Shown here: positions 25,191 through 38,186 of the stretch, in pieces
How the letters are laid out: every line of letters begins with the position of its first letter
Position numbering within the stretch: position 1 is the stretch's first letter
NCBI RefSeq assembly: GCF_008831285.2
Contig: NC_045138.2
Span: forward strand, 25,482,001-25,546,000
Direction: 5' to 3'
DNA from: Nymphaea colorata
Taxonomy: Eukaryota
DNA: 64,000 nt
Made by a program: the position numbers and the translations under genes
The notes under the pieces: model-generated
What the model saw: the letters and a program-made list of their open reading frames with translations, nothing else
What the model was told of the DNA's origin: nothing
Databases searched by the model: none

Positions 25191-26072
25191 CACAGGACTA
25201 AAATTAGTTTCTGAATCTCGAGACTCAGGATTCGACTTGTCTGTTAACGTCTCTAAAATCGGTAGGTCAACTCTGTAGTTCAGGCTAGGTTTTCTTAACC
25301 ATATTTTTTTTTGAAAGAAAAACAATATATAACTCAGCATTTAAATGTAAAAAGGTTGAATAGCAATCTGATTACTAGTGTAATTCAAGAATAAGTTAAA
25401 TGAGCATCAAATAAAACTTTGGCCAAGTTATATTCGCTCGTGTATATTCATCAAAAGCAGAATTTGGACTATTTAACTACTTTTTATTTGCAGATTTCAA
25501 CGTATAATGAATACCCAGTATGATTATTATATTAACGAACAACAATTACTCTAGAGATACAACCACTAGTGTCCAGATTACTATCTATCACCAAATTTTA
25601 TCGTCAATTTTTGGCCGAGCCGTACAAGGTTTCGGCCCCGTCAAATGGGTTTTGAGAGAAAGAGTTTTGGATAAAACTAGTTTAGTCCACTAGGTTAAAC
25701 TAGTCGAGCCGAGTCAACATGTTCGCTTGGCGAGCTTTCAACATTTATGTTTTCTTAGAAACCATGATACTTGGAGTGTTGGGCACAAATAAATTTAGAT
25801 TAACGAGTCACAATCTTGCTTTCTTTTTCTACCAAATAAGTATGATAACATAGCCTTGCCAATACACCAAAATAAATGGTATGGCACATTATTCAAATAT
25901 TGCCAGAGAAGGCCTAACAAACCATATGAGATAATGATGTATACATGTGTATTCCTTATACGTACTTATTTGATAGTTAAAGAAAGTGATCACCTCAATA
26001 CTTGGTTCCGATTCAAGCCTGCAGGGGAAGAAGGTCTCCCCAACCTAATTATTCAAAACAAAGGAATTGTAC

Positions 26073-27049
26073 CTATGTCACCACGTTACGCCAGAATGGG
26101 TCGCGTACCCGTCCCAGCATGCCGGTATGGCAAAACTGGTAGGGCGGTACGAGGCGGTACATTGGTTCTAAATTAAAGTCGAAACCAGATCCAAACCTCA
26201 AAGAAAATCTGAAAAACCTTCGACGTCCGACGCTCGTCTTCTCCCTCCCTCTCGACTTTCGACAGCAGGTCTTCCAGTCGGTGTTCGGGCAGCTGGAGAC
26301 AGACTGCGACCTGCAACAAACGGCGACCGGCGATGGACGCCAAACGACGACGGATGGGGAGTGGGCGACGCCGACGATAGGTTTTTCGTTAGTTAGTTTG
26401 TTTGTTCCCTTCTATTTTTTAGGGTTCTCAAATTCCTATATGCTTCAATGTTGCGGGATTTGTTCTTTCCTTTAGTTTCCTAAAATTGATGGCACATTCC
26501 CAGAATTTTCTGCTGTTTTAAATGTCGTCATTTTTTTTCAAGAACCTGCTCCCTGTTCGACAGTTCCTACGGCCTCCATTTTTAGCGGCTTCATTTTCTG
26601 TATTTTATAGTCTGTGGTTGTAGCATGCTTGATTTTCGCCTGCTGAAATGTTTATGCATCTTTGGTCTCTACATCAACCAGTCGGTAGTCTTTCTTACCT
26701 TTTGCCGAGTAGCTATTGTTAGAAAACATAAAAGTTACAGTCAAGGGGACTCGATAAGTTGATATATGTTGACATCTGGTTGGACTGACGCAGGTCAGAC
26801 TAACCATGTTCTGTGTTGACTTGTTATATTGTTGTCTTATGTTTTTCAATATATTTAACTTACTTAATTATCTTTGTTATAGACCATGAAACTAAGTATG
26901 TAGGAACTATGAAATGAACATATGATGTGATGATATCATTTGTTTTTTCAAAATTTTTAATTTTTTTAATACCAAGATTTGCTCATACTCATACCTATTT
27001 TCCGTACTCATACCAGCACTTATATCCGTACTTAGCTTAGCTGACATAG
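26073..27049. mobile_element. 977-bp non-autonomous hAT-like element
   Basis: TIR CTATGTCA / TGACATAG. TSD AATTGTAC / AGTTGTAC (7/8 match). CGTAC-type subterminal motifs. Empty site 'aaaggagttgtacacat' at ~21268-21285. Confidence 0.82.
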
Positions 27050-27253
27050 AGTTGTACACATATACCCAAAAAAAAGCCAAGAGAGCAATCAAGGGCAGTA
27101 CTACTAAAAAAAATCAAACTAGAGTAGCAATAGATCCAGAATTAAAAAGGATCCCAATACTCTAGAATGACTGCGGGCAGGGGATTTAAATTTTAGAAAA
27201 TTATATTTTAACTCTCGTTAAAATTTTGAAATTGCAATTTGGCCCCTCATGAA

Positions 27254-27500
27254 TAAGCATGGGTACCTGGTCGATGGGGCCCAATAATGGTTTTTTTTTT
27301 TAATTTTTTAATATATATATATACATATATATATTTATTTATTTATATATAATATTTTGTTATCATTAATTATTTTTATGTATTATTTTATATTAAAAAA
27401 ATATTTTTTTAATATAATCGGGCCGGGTTAGGGCCAGAGTTTTTAGATGTCGGGTTAGCCCAGGGCAGGCCGGGGCTGGCCCGTCCGATGCCTCGGCTTA
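27254..27500. mobile_element. GGCCCG-family hAT MITE nested in an AT-rich MITE-like element
   Basis: Ends taagcatggg / cctcggctta. TSD CTCATGAA / CTGATGAA (7/8 match). Confidence 0.75.
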
Positions 27501-27818
27501 CTGATGAAAATTTTATGATGGCTCTACCCAGACTACCATCAACAACTCTAAATTGAATGAGCATCTTCGGAAGTCCTGCAAAACTGAGAAAAGCCTGTTC
27601 CTACCTTTAAACTCATTTCCAACCAATTTTTTTTCCCTGTTGTTGTTAGAAGAGAAAACACCGATTCTATTTTAGTTCAGGGAATTTCTTATCCTCAGCG
27701 TCACACAATAGAAGGGCATAACTTTATTCATAATAAATTGCCACAGTAGGCATACATGTCACACTCATCTATTAATCATATAATATCAATTAACGCATCC
27801 TCACACACCAAGTCCTTC

Positions 27819-28672
27819 TTAGTTGTTGTTGTCCATCCAGAAGGCAGACTGCAGCTCATCAATCACCTTCTTGTCAACCTGGAAGGCCTTGGCAAGAAGG
27901 TCATCGGAGATTGGTGGCTTCGCCCCAAACACGGCACTAGCAATTGTGATGACGCCAGGGTTTTGGCTGCTTAGGGCAGCAATGGCCACAGCATCTTCTT
28001 CCCCTATGTTCTGCTGAAAGTGGACCAGCCCCTGTGGGAACACAAACACATCTCCCTTGTACAACTTCTTGGTGAACAATCGGTTCTCCGGGTTGCTGGT
28101 CACAAACCCCACGTAGAGGCAGCCTTCCAGCACCACCAGGATCTCGGTTCCACGAGAGTGGATGTGAGGTGGGTTCAGTCCTTTTGGAGCGAAATCAACG
28201 CGAGCCAGGGAGATGCCCAGAGTGTTGAGCCCAGGGATTTGTTGAACGTTGACGGCAGTCACCATGGAGCCCAGTGGGTTAGATGTGTTGCCAGGCTTGT
28301 CGAGGCCATAGAAGAAGAAATCTTCGGGCTTTGCCATCATTGGGTTCTTGCACACCTTGCCATTCACCACAACTGCAGCAGACAATGAGGTAATTGAACA
28401 TGAATGACATACGAACATATCACTAAATATGGCTTGGTTAATCTTTAATATGAATATTAGACACATAAAAGTAGCATGTTAAAAAGACTAAAATTCCCAT
28501 GAATATACGGCAAGGCTCACACGCCCAAACACACACTCACACAAGTATAAAAAGAAAAGTACGCACTTGGGCTATGACTATCAGCAACACAGAAGTCTTG
28601 GAGCTGGCTAGGATCAGAAGCATGGGAGAAGGCAGCTATAAGAGAAAAGAGGATGAGGTATGTGAGCTTCAT
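27819..28672 (-). CDS. Germin-like protein GLP6, join(28567..28672,27819..28372), 219 aa
   Basis: Intact ORF after splicing. Box 1 reads [10 protein letters not shown] (P>S) and box 2 reads GLVHFQ. Confidence 0.93.
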
Positions 28673-29631
28673 CTTGAAGGCTAGCCTTGAGAAATGCAAC
28701 CTGTGTATTGTATGCAACTCTAAGGCAGAAACCCTCTGAGGATGCTGGAAGATGGTGCCATGCACCGGCATTTATAGTGTTGTAGAGAAGACTTAGCTCA
28801 CTTATCTTACGTTAGAATATTAGGATGTGGAATAAGTCATCAATCCTTGCCTTGCTGATTCACAACATCAACTTCCTTGAATTTTGGACTCGCGATTAAA
28901 TCATCTTCACTTATGACCAGTTACACCACTCAGAGACGGTGCTTGCACCAATTCAAACTTCGTCATTTTCCTAATCTTATTAAATATTAAACAGTAGCAG
29001 ATATCACCAAGTCCACTCTGCGGCATTGTTTTGTTTAGAGAGAGAGAGAGAGAGAGGGAGAAAGTTTGAAGTTTTATTAGTTTATCTAAAGCTTACGTAC
29101 GTGACTTGGTAGCTTCACCCATGGACCGAATGAATTAATGGGATTCGTAGACTCTTTATCTGCTCTTAAGTCTTAATGTATTAGAACTCTGATCCTCCGG
29201 CTGTTTCCGGTCGAGCGTTATCAGGGTGGCTTGGGAGCGTCTACGTCAATCTTTGAACGGCGGAGACCAATTATACCTCCACATATCAACTGCAAAAATC
29301 CTTTAGAGTTTTAGTGCTGCAAACTGGGCCAAGTGCCCAAGTGCCAACATGCCTGGATAGAACACCCTTTGCCACTGCATGTCCTCGTGATTAAGTTTCC
29401 ATAGAGGTCGGGGTTCGGTGAACTTTTTTCTTGAAAACGTGTTTGATTCCGTTGCCACTGCTTGCTTCCTCCTTCCGTGGAGAAGTTAGACCTGGCTTTT
29501 CTCTTGTTTGATAAACGTGAGGAAGAAGAAATCCAAGTGCCACAGCCGTCCACTTGATTGCACCAGACTTGGCAAAAAATTCTTGATTATGAAAATTTAA
29601 TTTTGGGGGCACCCATCAATGTTCTGGTGAG

Positions 29632-29930
29632 TAGGGGTGAACAACAAATTAGTTTAATGAGTTGAACTCGAGTTTGAGTCGTTTCAAGTAATTATTGAAA
29701 TGAGTTTGTCGAGCCTTAATCGAGTTGAGCTTGAGCTCAACGATGAATCGAGTCGAGTTTGAGCTCAACACGTAACTGCTGAGTCGAGTTCAAACTGATT
29801 GAATCAATTCTATTCAAACGAGTTTGTCGAGCCTTAATCGAGTCGAGCTCAAGCTCAACACGTAACTGCTGAGTCAAGTTTGAGCTGACTGAACTCATGC
29901 TCGACTCACCTCAGCTCGTATTCACCCCTA
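29632..29930. mobile_element. hAT-type MITE with GAGCTCGAG/AACTCG repeats (inverted copy of 34540-34867)
   Basis: TIR TAGGGGTGAA / TTCACCCCTA. TSD CTGGTGAG / TCGGTGAG. Absent from the paralogous spacers at ~11570, ~23705 and ~39100. Confidence 0.85.
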
Positions 29931-31611
29931 TCGGTGAGGTTCAGGCCAGCATTAAAAGTACGCCTTTACTTGGGCAACCAATTGATAACTATTCCTGAGC
30001 TAGTCACAAAAGTCAATATGGCACATATAACTTGGTTTGCATTTGGGAGTGCAGAGTGCATATTTTTGTAACTTTTAAAATAGAACATTCTTTTTAGTTT
30101 TTTTTATTTTTTCCATTTTTTGTTTTATCTTTACATTTTTTTTTGTGAATGGAAGTATTTTTATCATTAACCATACTGCACATATAGCCAAGTTCGCATT
30201 TTGAAAGGAGCCCAAGTCTAAGGCAGCAGTACTGGACTTAGGCGCGCTACTCTAGGTCCAGACAAATGGTGGTAATAAAATTTCTAACTCAAATCTTTGG
30301 GAAAAAAGAGAAAGCGACGAGCAGACCTCCTTGGAATAGCAAAAGAGTGGTAGTTGGTGTATCAGCTAATTCGTTAGCCATCACTAAGCTTGACATCAGC
30401 TTTTACTAGGAAAAATAGACACCATTGTCCATATCTACTTTGACTTGGTGGGGTGTTCTAAAGAGTATTATGTTCTTGGACACGCCTGCATGTTTTCTTT
30501 GGGGTTTATCCGTTCAAATGTCTCTGTCTTCCATGTAGACAAGGGTTCCTGGTCCAACGAGTTCCAGAAATTTTGTCTACAGGTTCGACTTTTATCTGCG
30601 AATAAAAATCCTCATTTTGGGTCCATCAACTTTGTGTATGATACCTGCGTATGATGGGTGAAAGGATAAAATTTAGAAACACGGACACAGACATTTATCT
30701 GCGATCTACAGTAAAATTCAGGGCAATCAAACAGGCTCTCATTGCAAAAGAAGAAGCCACGCAAATTACCCTGATCCATCGGATTCTGCTAGAGAATTTT
30801 CCCTGCATTTGAATGCAAAAGGAAAAGCCGTACAATCCTGTTCTATTTTTTGTGACAGATTCATAAAATATTATGTCAGTTTTTTTATTCCTAAGCGCCG
30901 TTACCTACAGGACATCCAAATCATGCGAGGTATATACTCGTTCTAGTGTTACAAATAATTTTTTACTTGATCTTGCTCTTGTTTTTCCATGATATTGTAA
31001 GGCTTTTCTTTATCATTTTATCCAAATTAGTCTCTGAATCTCGAGACTGAGGATTCGAATTGTCTATTACCGTCTCTAAAATCGGTAGGTCAACTCTGTA
31101 GTTTAGGCTAGGTTTTGTTAACCATATTGTTTTTGAAAGAAAAGCAATATATAACTCATCATTTAAATGTAAAAAGTTTGAATAGTAATCTGATCACTTA
31201 TGTAACTCAAGAATAAGTTAAATGAGCTTCTAATAAAACTTTGACCAAGTTATATTTGCTCATGTACATTCATCAAAAGCAGAATTTGGACTATTTAACC
31301 ACTTTTTATTTGCAAACTTCAACGTATAATGAGCACCCAGTATGATTGTTATATTAACGAACAACAATTACTCCAGAGAAACAACCTCTAGTATCAAGAT
31401 TACTATATATCACCAATTTTTGGCAGAGCCGTCTAAGGTTTCGGCCCCGTCAAATGAGTTTTGGGAGAAAGAGTTTTGGATAAAACTAATTAAATCCATT
31501 AAGTTGACCTGATAGGGGGCCAAGTCGAGCCAAGTCAACATGTTCGCTTGGCGATCATTCAACATTTACGTTTTCTTAGAAACTATGATACTTGGAGTGT
31601 TGGGCACAAAT

Positions 31612-31906
31612 TAACGGTGGGCATAAAGGCCGACACGATCCGGCCCGGACTCGGCCTGATAGCCCGGGTTTCGGCTAGGCCTGGCCCGTTTAAAAATAAA
31701 AAAAATAATTTTTTAATCATAAAATAATTTTTTAAATATAAAATATATTTATTAATAATAAATTGCCATTTTTAAAACAAAAAATTAAAATATATATATA
31801 TTTTAAGCTTAAACTGGCCGGGCCGGCCTATTGAGCCCAGGCCCAGCCCGGGCCCAAAAAATCCTGGCCCAGGCCTAGCGGCAGCCCGACCCGATGCCCA
31901 CACTTA
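31612..31906. mobile_element. GGCCCG-family hAT MITE
   Basis: TIR taacggtgggcat / atgcccacactta. Perfect 8-bp TSD GCACAAAT (31604-31611, 31907-31914). Empty sites at ~25785, ~36487 and ~20995. Confidence 0.9.
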
Positions 31907-32655
31907 GCACAAATAAATTCAAATTAACTAGTCACAATCTTGCTTTTTTTTTTCTACCAAATAAGTATGATAACATAGCCTTGCCAATACACCAAAATAA
32001 ATGGTATGGCACATTATTCAAAGATTGCCAGAGAAGGCCTATATGTCTAAAACAAACCATTTGAGATAATGATGTATATATACATGTCTATTACTTATAG
32101 GTACTTATTTGATCATTGAAGAGAGAGATCACCTCAATACTTGGTTCCGATTCAAGCCTGCAGGGGAAGAAGGTCTCCCCAACCTTATTATTCAAAACGA
32201 CGGAGTTGTAAAGAATGACTAGGGGGACTGACAGGTGCCTTAAATTTTGAAAAGTTATATTTCAACAGTTGTTAAAATTTTGAACCTATAATTCGGTTTT
32301 TTCATGACAAATTTTCTGACTACCATTGGCTTCCATCAACAACTCTGAATTGAATGAGCCTCTTCAGAAATTTTGGAAAGCAGGAGGGAAGCCTAGTCCT
32401 GCCTTCAAACACATTTCCAACCATTTTTTTTTGTTCACTTGTTGTTAGAAGAGAAAACGCCGATTCTATGCTGGCCATTTCTGATTCTTTGAACACGGGC
32501 AGACAGAACCTTTAGTTCAGGGAGTTTTTGATTCCTCAGTGTCACACAATAAAAGGGCATGACTTTATTCATAATAAATTGCCAAAATAGGCATACATGT
32601 CACCCGCATTTATTAATCTTACATTAATAAATTCCCATGCACCACCAAGTCCTTC

Positions 32656-33514
32656 TTAGTTGCGGTTGTCTATCCACAAGGCAGACTGCAGCTCATCAAT
32701 AACCTTCTTGTCAACCTGGAAGGCCTTGGCAAGAAGGTCATCCGAGATGGATGGCTTCGCCCCGAACACATCATTAGCAATTATGATGGCACCAGGGTTC
32801 TGGCTGCTCAGGGCAGCAATGGCCACAGCATCTTCTTCCCCTATGTTTTGCTGGAAGTGGATCAGCCCCTGTGGGAACACAAACACGTCTCCCTTGTACA
32901 ACTTCTTGGTGAACAGCCGGTTCTCCGGGTTGCTGGTCACGAACCCCACGTAGAGGCAGCCTTCCAGCACCACCAGGATCTCGGTTCCACGAGGGTGGAT
33001 GTGAGGTGGGTTCAGTCCCTTTGGAGCGAAGTCCACGCGAGCCAGGGAGATGCCCAGAGTGTTGAGCCCAGGGATTTTTTGAACATTGACGGCAGTCACC
33101 ATGGAGCCCAGTGGGTTAGATGTGTTGCCAGGCTTGTCCAGGCCATAGAAGAAGAAATCTTCCGGCTTTGCCATCATTGGGTTCTTGCACACCTTGCCAT
33201 TCACCACAACTGCAGCAGACAATGAGGTAATTGAACATGAATGACATACGAACATTATGAACATATCACTAAATATGGCTTGGTTATTCTTTAGTATGAA
33301 TATTAGACACATAAAAATAGCATGTTGAAAAGACTATAATTCCCATGAACATAAGCCAAGGCTCACACGCACACACACACACACACAAGTATAAAGAACA
33401 TTACGCACTTGGGCTATGATGGTCAGCGACACAGAAATCTTGGAGCTGGCTAGGATCAGAAGCATGGGAGAAGGCAGCTATAAGAGAAAAGAGGATGAGG
33501 TATGTGAGCTTCAT
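32656..33514 (-). CDS. Germin-like protein GLP7, join(33409..33514,32656..33209), 219 aa
   Basis: Germin boxes intact. Several private C-terminal substitutions ([20 protein letters not shown]). Confidence 0.92.
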
Positions 33515-34539
33515 CTTGAAGGCTAGCCTTGAGAAATGCAACCTGTGTATTGTATGCAACTCTTAAGGCTGAAACTCTCTTTTGTTCTCTGAGGATGCTG
33601 GAAGATGGTGCCATGCACCGGCATTTATAGTGTTGTAGAGAAGACTTAGCTCAGTTATCTTACGTTAGAATATTAGGATGTGGAATAAGTCATCAATCCT
33701 TGCCTTGCTGATTGATTCACAACATCAACTTCCTTGAATTTTGGACTCGCGATTAAATCACCTTCACTTATGACCAGTTAAACCACTCTGAGACGGTGCT
33801 TGCACCAATTCAAACTTCTACATTTTCCTAATCTTATTAAATATTAAACAGTAGCAGATATCACCAAGTCCACTCTGCAGCATTGTTTTGTTTACAGAGA
33901 GAGAGAAAGTGAGAGGAGAAAGTTTGAAGTTTTATTAGTTTGTCTAAAGCTTACGTACGTGAATTGGTAGCTTCACCCATGGACCGAATGAATTAATGGG
34001 ATTCGTAGACTCTTTATCTGCTCTTAAGTCTTAATGTATTAGAACTCTGGTCCTCCGGCTGTTTCCGGTCACGCGTTATCAGGGTGGCTTGTGCAAGTCC
34101 ACGTCAATCTTTGAACGGCGGAGACCAATTATAGCTCCACATATCAACTGCAAAAATCTTAAGAGTTTTATTGCTGCAAACTGGGCCAAGGGCCCAAGTG
34201 CCAACATGCCTGGATAGGGCCTGAGATGCCTGGAAAAATCAAGAACACCCTTTGGCGTTAGACTTGGGCTCCTTTCAAAATGCGAACTTGGCTATATGTG
34301 CACGTTGAAAATACTTCCAGTTCACCAAAAAAAAAAAGTGAAGATAAAACAAAAAATAGAAGAAAAAAAAAACTAGAAAGAATGTTCTATTTTAAAAGTT
34401 ACTAAAATATGCACTCTGCACTGCCAAATGCAAACCAAGTAATATGTGCCATATTGACTTTTGTGACCAGCTCAGGAATAGTTACCAATTGGTTGCCCAA
34501 GTAAAGGCGTGCTCTTAATGCTGGCCTGAACCTCACCAA

Positions 34540-34867
34540 TAGGGGTGAATACGAACTGAGCTGAGTCGAGCCCGAGTTCAGTCAGCTCAAACTCGACTCA
34601 GCATTTACGTGTTGAGCTCGAGCTCAACTCGATTAAAGCTCGACAAACTCGTTTGAATAGAATTGATTCAATCAACTCGAACTCGACTCAGCAGTTACGT
34701 ATTGAGTTCGAACTCGACTCGATTAAGGCTCGACAAACTCGTTTGAATGGAATTGATATTCATCGTTGAGCTTAAGCTCAACTCGATTAAGGCTCAACAA
34801 ACTCATTGGAATAATTATTTGAACGACTCATAAACTCGCCATTAAACTAATTTGTTGTTCACCCCTA
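34540..34867. mobile_element. hAT-type MITE with GAGCTCGAG/AACTCG repeats
   Basis: TIR TAGGGGTGAA / TTCACCCCTA. A 13-bp duplication acccctacgaacc lies at the right end. Confidence 0.85.
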
Positions 34868-37368
34868 CGAACCACCCCTACGAACCAGAACATTGATGGG
34901 TCTCGCACAAATTAAATATCCATAAATCAAGAATTTTTTGCCAAGTGGTGCAATTAAGTGGATGGCTGTGACACTGTGGATTTCTTCTTCCTCACGTTTA
35001 TCAAACAAGAACAAAGCCAGGTCTAACTGCTCCATGCAAGGAGGAAGTAAGCAGCGGCAACGAAATCAAACACGTTTTCAAGAAAAAAGTTCACCGAACC
35101 CCGACTTCTATGGAAACTTAATCACCAGGACATGCAATACAGGACTTAGGCGCGCTAGTCTAGGTCCAGACAAATGGTGGTAATAAAATTTCTAACTCAA
35201 ATCTTTGGGAAAAAAGAGAAAGCGACGACGATTTCCTTGGAATAGCAAAAGAGTGGTAGTTCGTGTATCAGCTACTTCGTTAGCCATCACTAAGCTTGAC
35301 ATCAGCTTTTACTAGGAAAAATAGACACCATTGTCCATATCTACTTTGACTTGGTGGGGTGTTCTAAAGAGTATTATGTTCTTGGGCAAGCCTGAATGTT
35401 TCCTTGGGGTTTATTCGTTCAAATGTCTCTGTGTTCCATGTGGACAAGGGTTCCTGGTCCAACAAGTTCCAGAAATTTTGTCTTCAGGTACGACTTTTAT
35501 CCGCGAATAAAAATCCTCATTTTGGGTCCATCAACTTTGTGTTTGATACCTGCGTATGATGGGTGAAGGATAAAATTTAGAAACACGGACACAGACATTT
35601 ATCTGCGATCTACAGTAAAATTCAGGGAAATCAAACAGGCTCTCAATGCAAAAGAAGAAGTCATGCAAATTACCCTGATGCATCGGATTCTGCTAGAGAA
35701 TTTTCGCTGCATTTGAATGCAAACCGTACAATCCTATTCTAATTTTTGTGACAGATTCATAGCATATTATGTCAATGTTTCTGTTCCTAAGCGCCGTTAC
35801 CTATAGGACATCCAAACCATGCAAGGTATATACTCGTTCTAGTGTTAGAAATAATTTTTTACTTGATCTTGCTCTTGTTTTTCCATGATATTGTAAGGCT
35901 TTTCTTTATCATTTTATCCAAATTAGTTTCTGAATCTCGAGACTCAGGATTCGACTTGTCTATTACCGTCTCTAAAATCGGTAGGTCAACTCTGTAGCTT
36001 AGGCTAGGTTTTGTTAACCATATTGTTTTTGAAAGAAAAACAATATATAACTCATCATTTAAATGTAAAATGGTTGAATAGTAATCTGATCACTTATGTA
36101 ACTCAAGAATAAGTTAAATGAGCATCAAATAAAACTTTGACCAAGTTATATTTGCTCATGTACATTCATCAAAAGCAGAATTTGGACTATTTAACTACTT
36201 TTTATTTGCAAACTTCAACGTATAATGAGCACCCAGTATGGTTGTTATATTAACGAACAACAATTACTCCAGAGAAACAACCATTAGTATCAAGATTACT
36301 ATCTATCACCAATTTTTGGCCGAGCCGTACAAGGTTTCGGCCCCGTCAAATGAGTTTTGAGAGAAAGAGTTTTGGATAAAACTAGTTTAATCCACTAGGT
36401 TAAACCAGTCGAGCCGAGTAACATGTTCGCTTGGCGATCTTTCAACACTTATGTTTTCTTAGAAACTATGATACTTGGAGTGTTGGGCACAGTTAAATTC
36501 AGATTAATGAGTCACAATCTTGCTTTTTTTTTTCCTTCCAAATAAGCATGATAACATAGCCTTGCCAATACACCAAAATAAATGGTATGGCACATTATTC
36601 AAAGATTGCCAAGGAAGGCCTACATGTCCACAACAAACCATTTGAAATAATGATGTATACATGTCTATTACTTATAGGTACTTTATTTGATCATTAAAGA
36701 GAGAGATCACCTCAAGACTTGGTTCCGATTCAAGCCCGCAGGGGAAGAAGGTCTCCCCAACCTTATTATTCAAAACAAAGGAGTTGCACACATATACAAA
36801 AAAACCATCACCGAGACAACAACACTGCTACGAGAGCAAACAATAACATCAAGGCAGTACTAAAAAAAATCAAGACTATAGTAGCGATCAAATCGGGAAT
36901 AAAAAAGGATCTCAATACTCTAGAATGATTAGGGGGACTGACAGGGGCCTTAAATTCTGAAAAGTTATATTTCAACACTTGTTAAAATTTTGAAACTATA
37001 ATTTGGCTCTGTCATGAAAAATTTTCTGACTACCCTTGGCTTCCATCAACAACTCTAAATTGAATGAGCCTCTTCAGAAATTCTGGAAAGCAGGAGGGAA
37101 GCTTAGTCCTGCCTTCAAACGCATTTCCAACCATTTTTTTTTTCCACCTGTTGTTGTTAGAAGAGAAAACACCGATTCTATGATGGGCATGTCTGATTCT
37201 TTGAACACAGGCAAACAGAACCTTTAGTTCAGGGAGTTTTTGATCCTCAGTTGTCACACAATAAAAGGGCATGACTTTCTTTATTCATAATAAATTGCCA
37301 CAATAGGCATACATGTCACACGCATTTATTAATCTTACATTAATAAGTCCCCATGCACCAAGTCCTTC

Positions 37369-38186
37369 TTAGTTGTTGTTGTCCATCCAGAAGGCAGATT
37401 GCAGCTCATCAATCACCTTCTTGTCAACCTGGAAGGCCTTGGCAAGAAGGTCATCCGAGATGGGTGGCTTCGCCCCGAACACAGCATTAGCAATTGTTAC
37501 GACGCCAGGGTTCTGGCTGCTCAGCCCAGCAATGGCCACAGCACCTTCTTCCCCTATGTTTTGCTGGAAGTGGATCAGCCCCTGTGGGAACACAAACACG
37601 TCTCCCTTGTACAACTTCTTCGTAAACAGCCGGTTCTCCGGGTTGCTGGTCACGAACCCCACGTATAGGCAGCCTTCCAGCACCACCAGGATCTCGGTTC
37701 CGCGAGGGTGGGTGTGAGGTGGGTTCAGTCCCCATGGAGCAAAGTCAATCCGAGCCAGGGAGATGCCCAGCGTATTCAGTCCAGGGATTTGTTGAACGTT
37801 GACCGCGGTCACCATCGAGCCTAGTGGGTTCGATGTGTTGCCAGGCTTGTCCAGCCCAGAGAAGAAGAAATCTTCCGGCTTAGCCATCATTGGGTTCTTG
37901 CACACCTTGCCATTCACAACAACTGCAGCAGACAATGAGGTAATTGAACATGAATCACATAAGAACATTACGAACATTGAATATTAGACACATAAAAAGA
38001 CTATAATTCCCATGAATATACGGCAAGGCTCACACCCCCACACACACACTCACACAAGTATAAAGAAGAAAAGTACGCACTTGGGCTGTTACGGTCAGCA
38101 ACACAGAAGTCTTGGAGCTGGCTAGGATCAGAAGCATGGGAGAAGGCAGCTACAAGAGAAAAGAGGATGAGGTATGTGAGCTTCAT
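37369..38186 (-). CDS. Germin-like protein GLP8, join(38081..38186,37369..37922), 219 aa
   Basis: Intact. The 158-nt intron is nearly identical to that of GLP1, and exon 2 is nearly identical to that of GLP5. Confidence 0.95.

Larger units (their letters stand above)
27819..37368. repeat. Two tandem ~4.7-4.8-kb units (GLP6 + spacer, GLP7 + spacer)
   Basis: 27819-32655 and 32656-37368 are colinear except for an internal inversion and a MITE. Confidence 0.88.
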
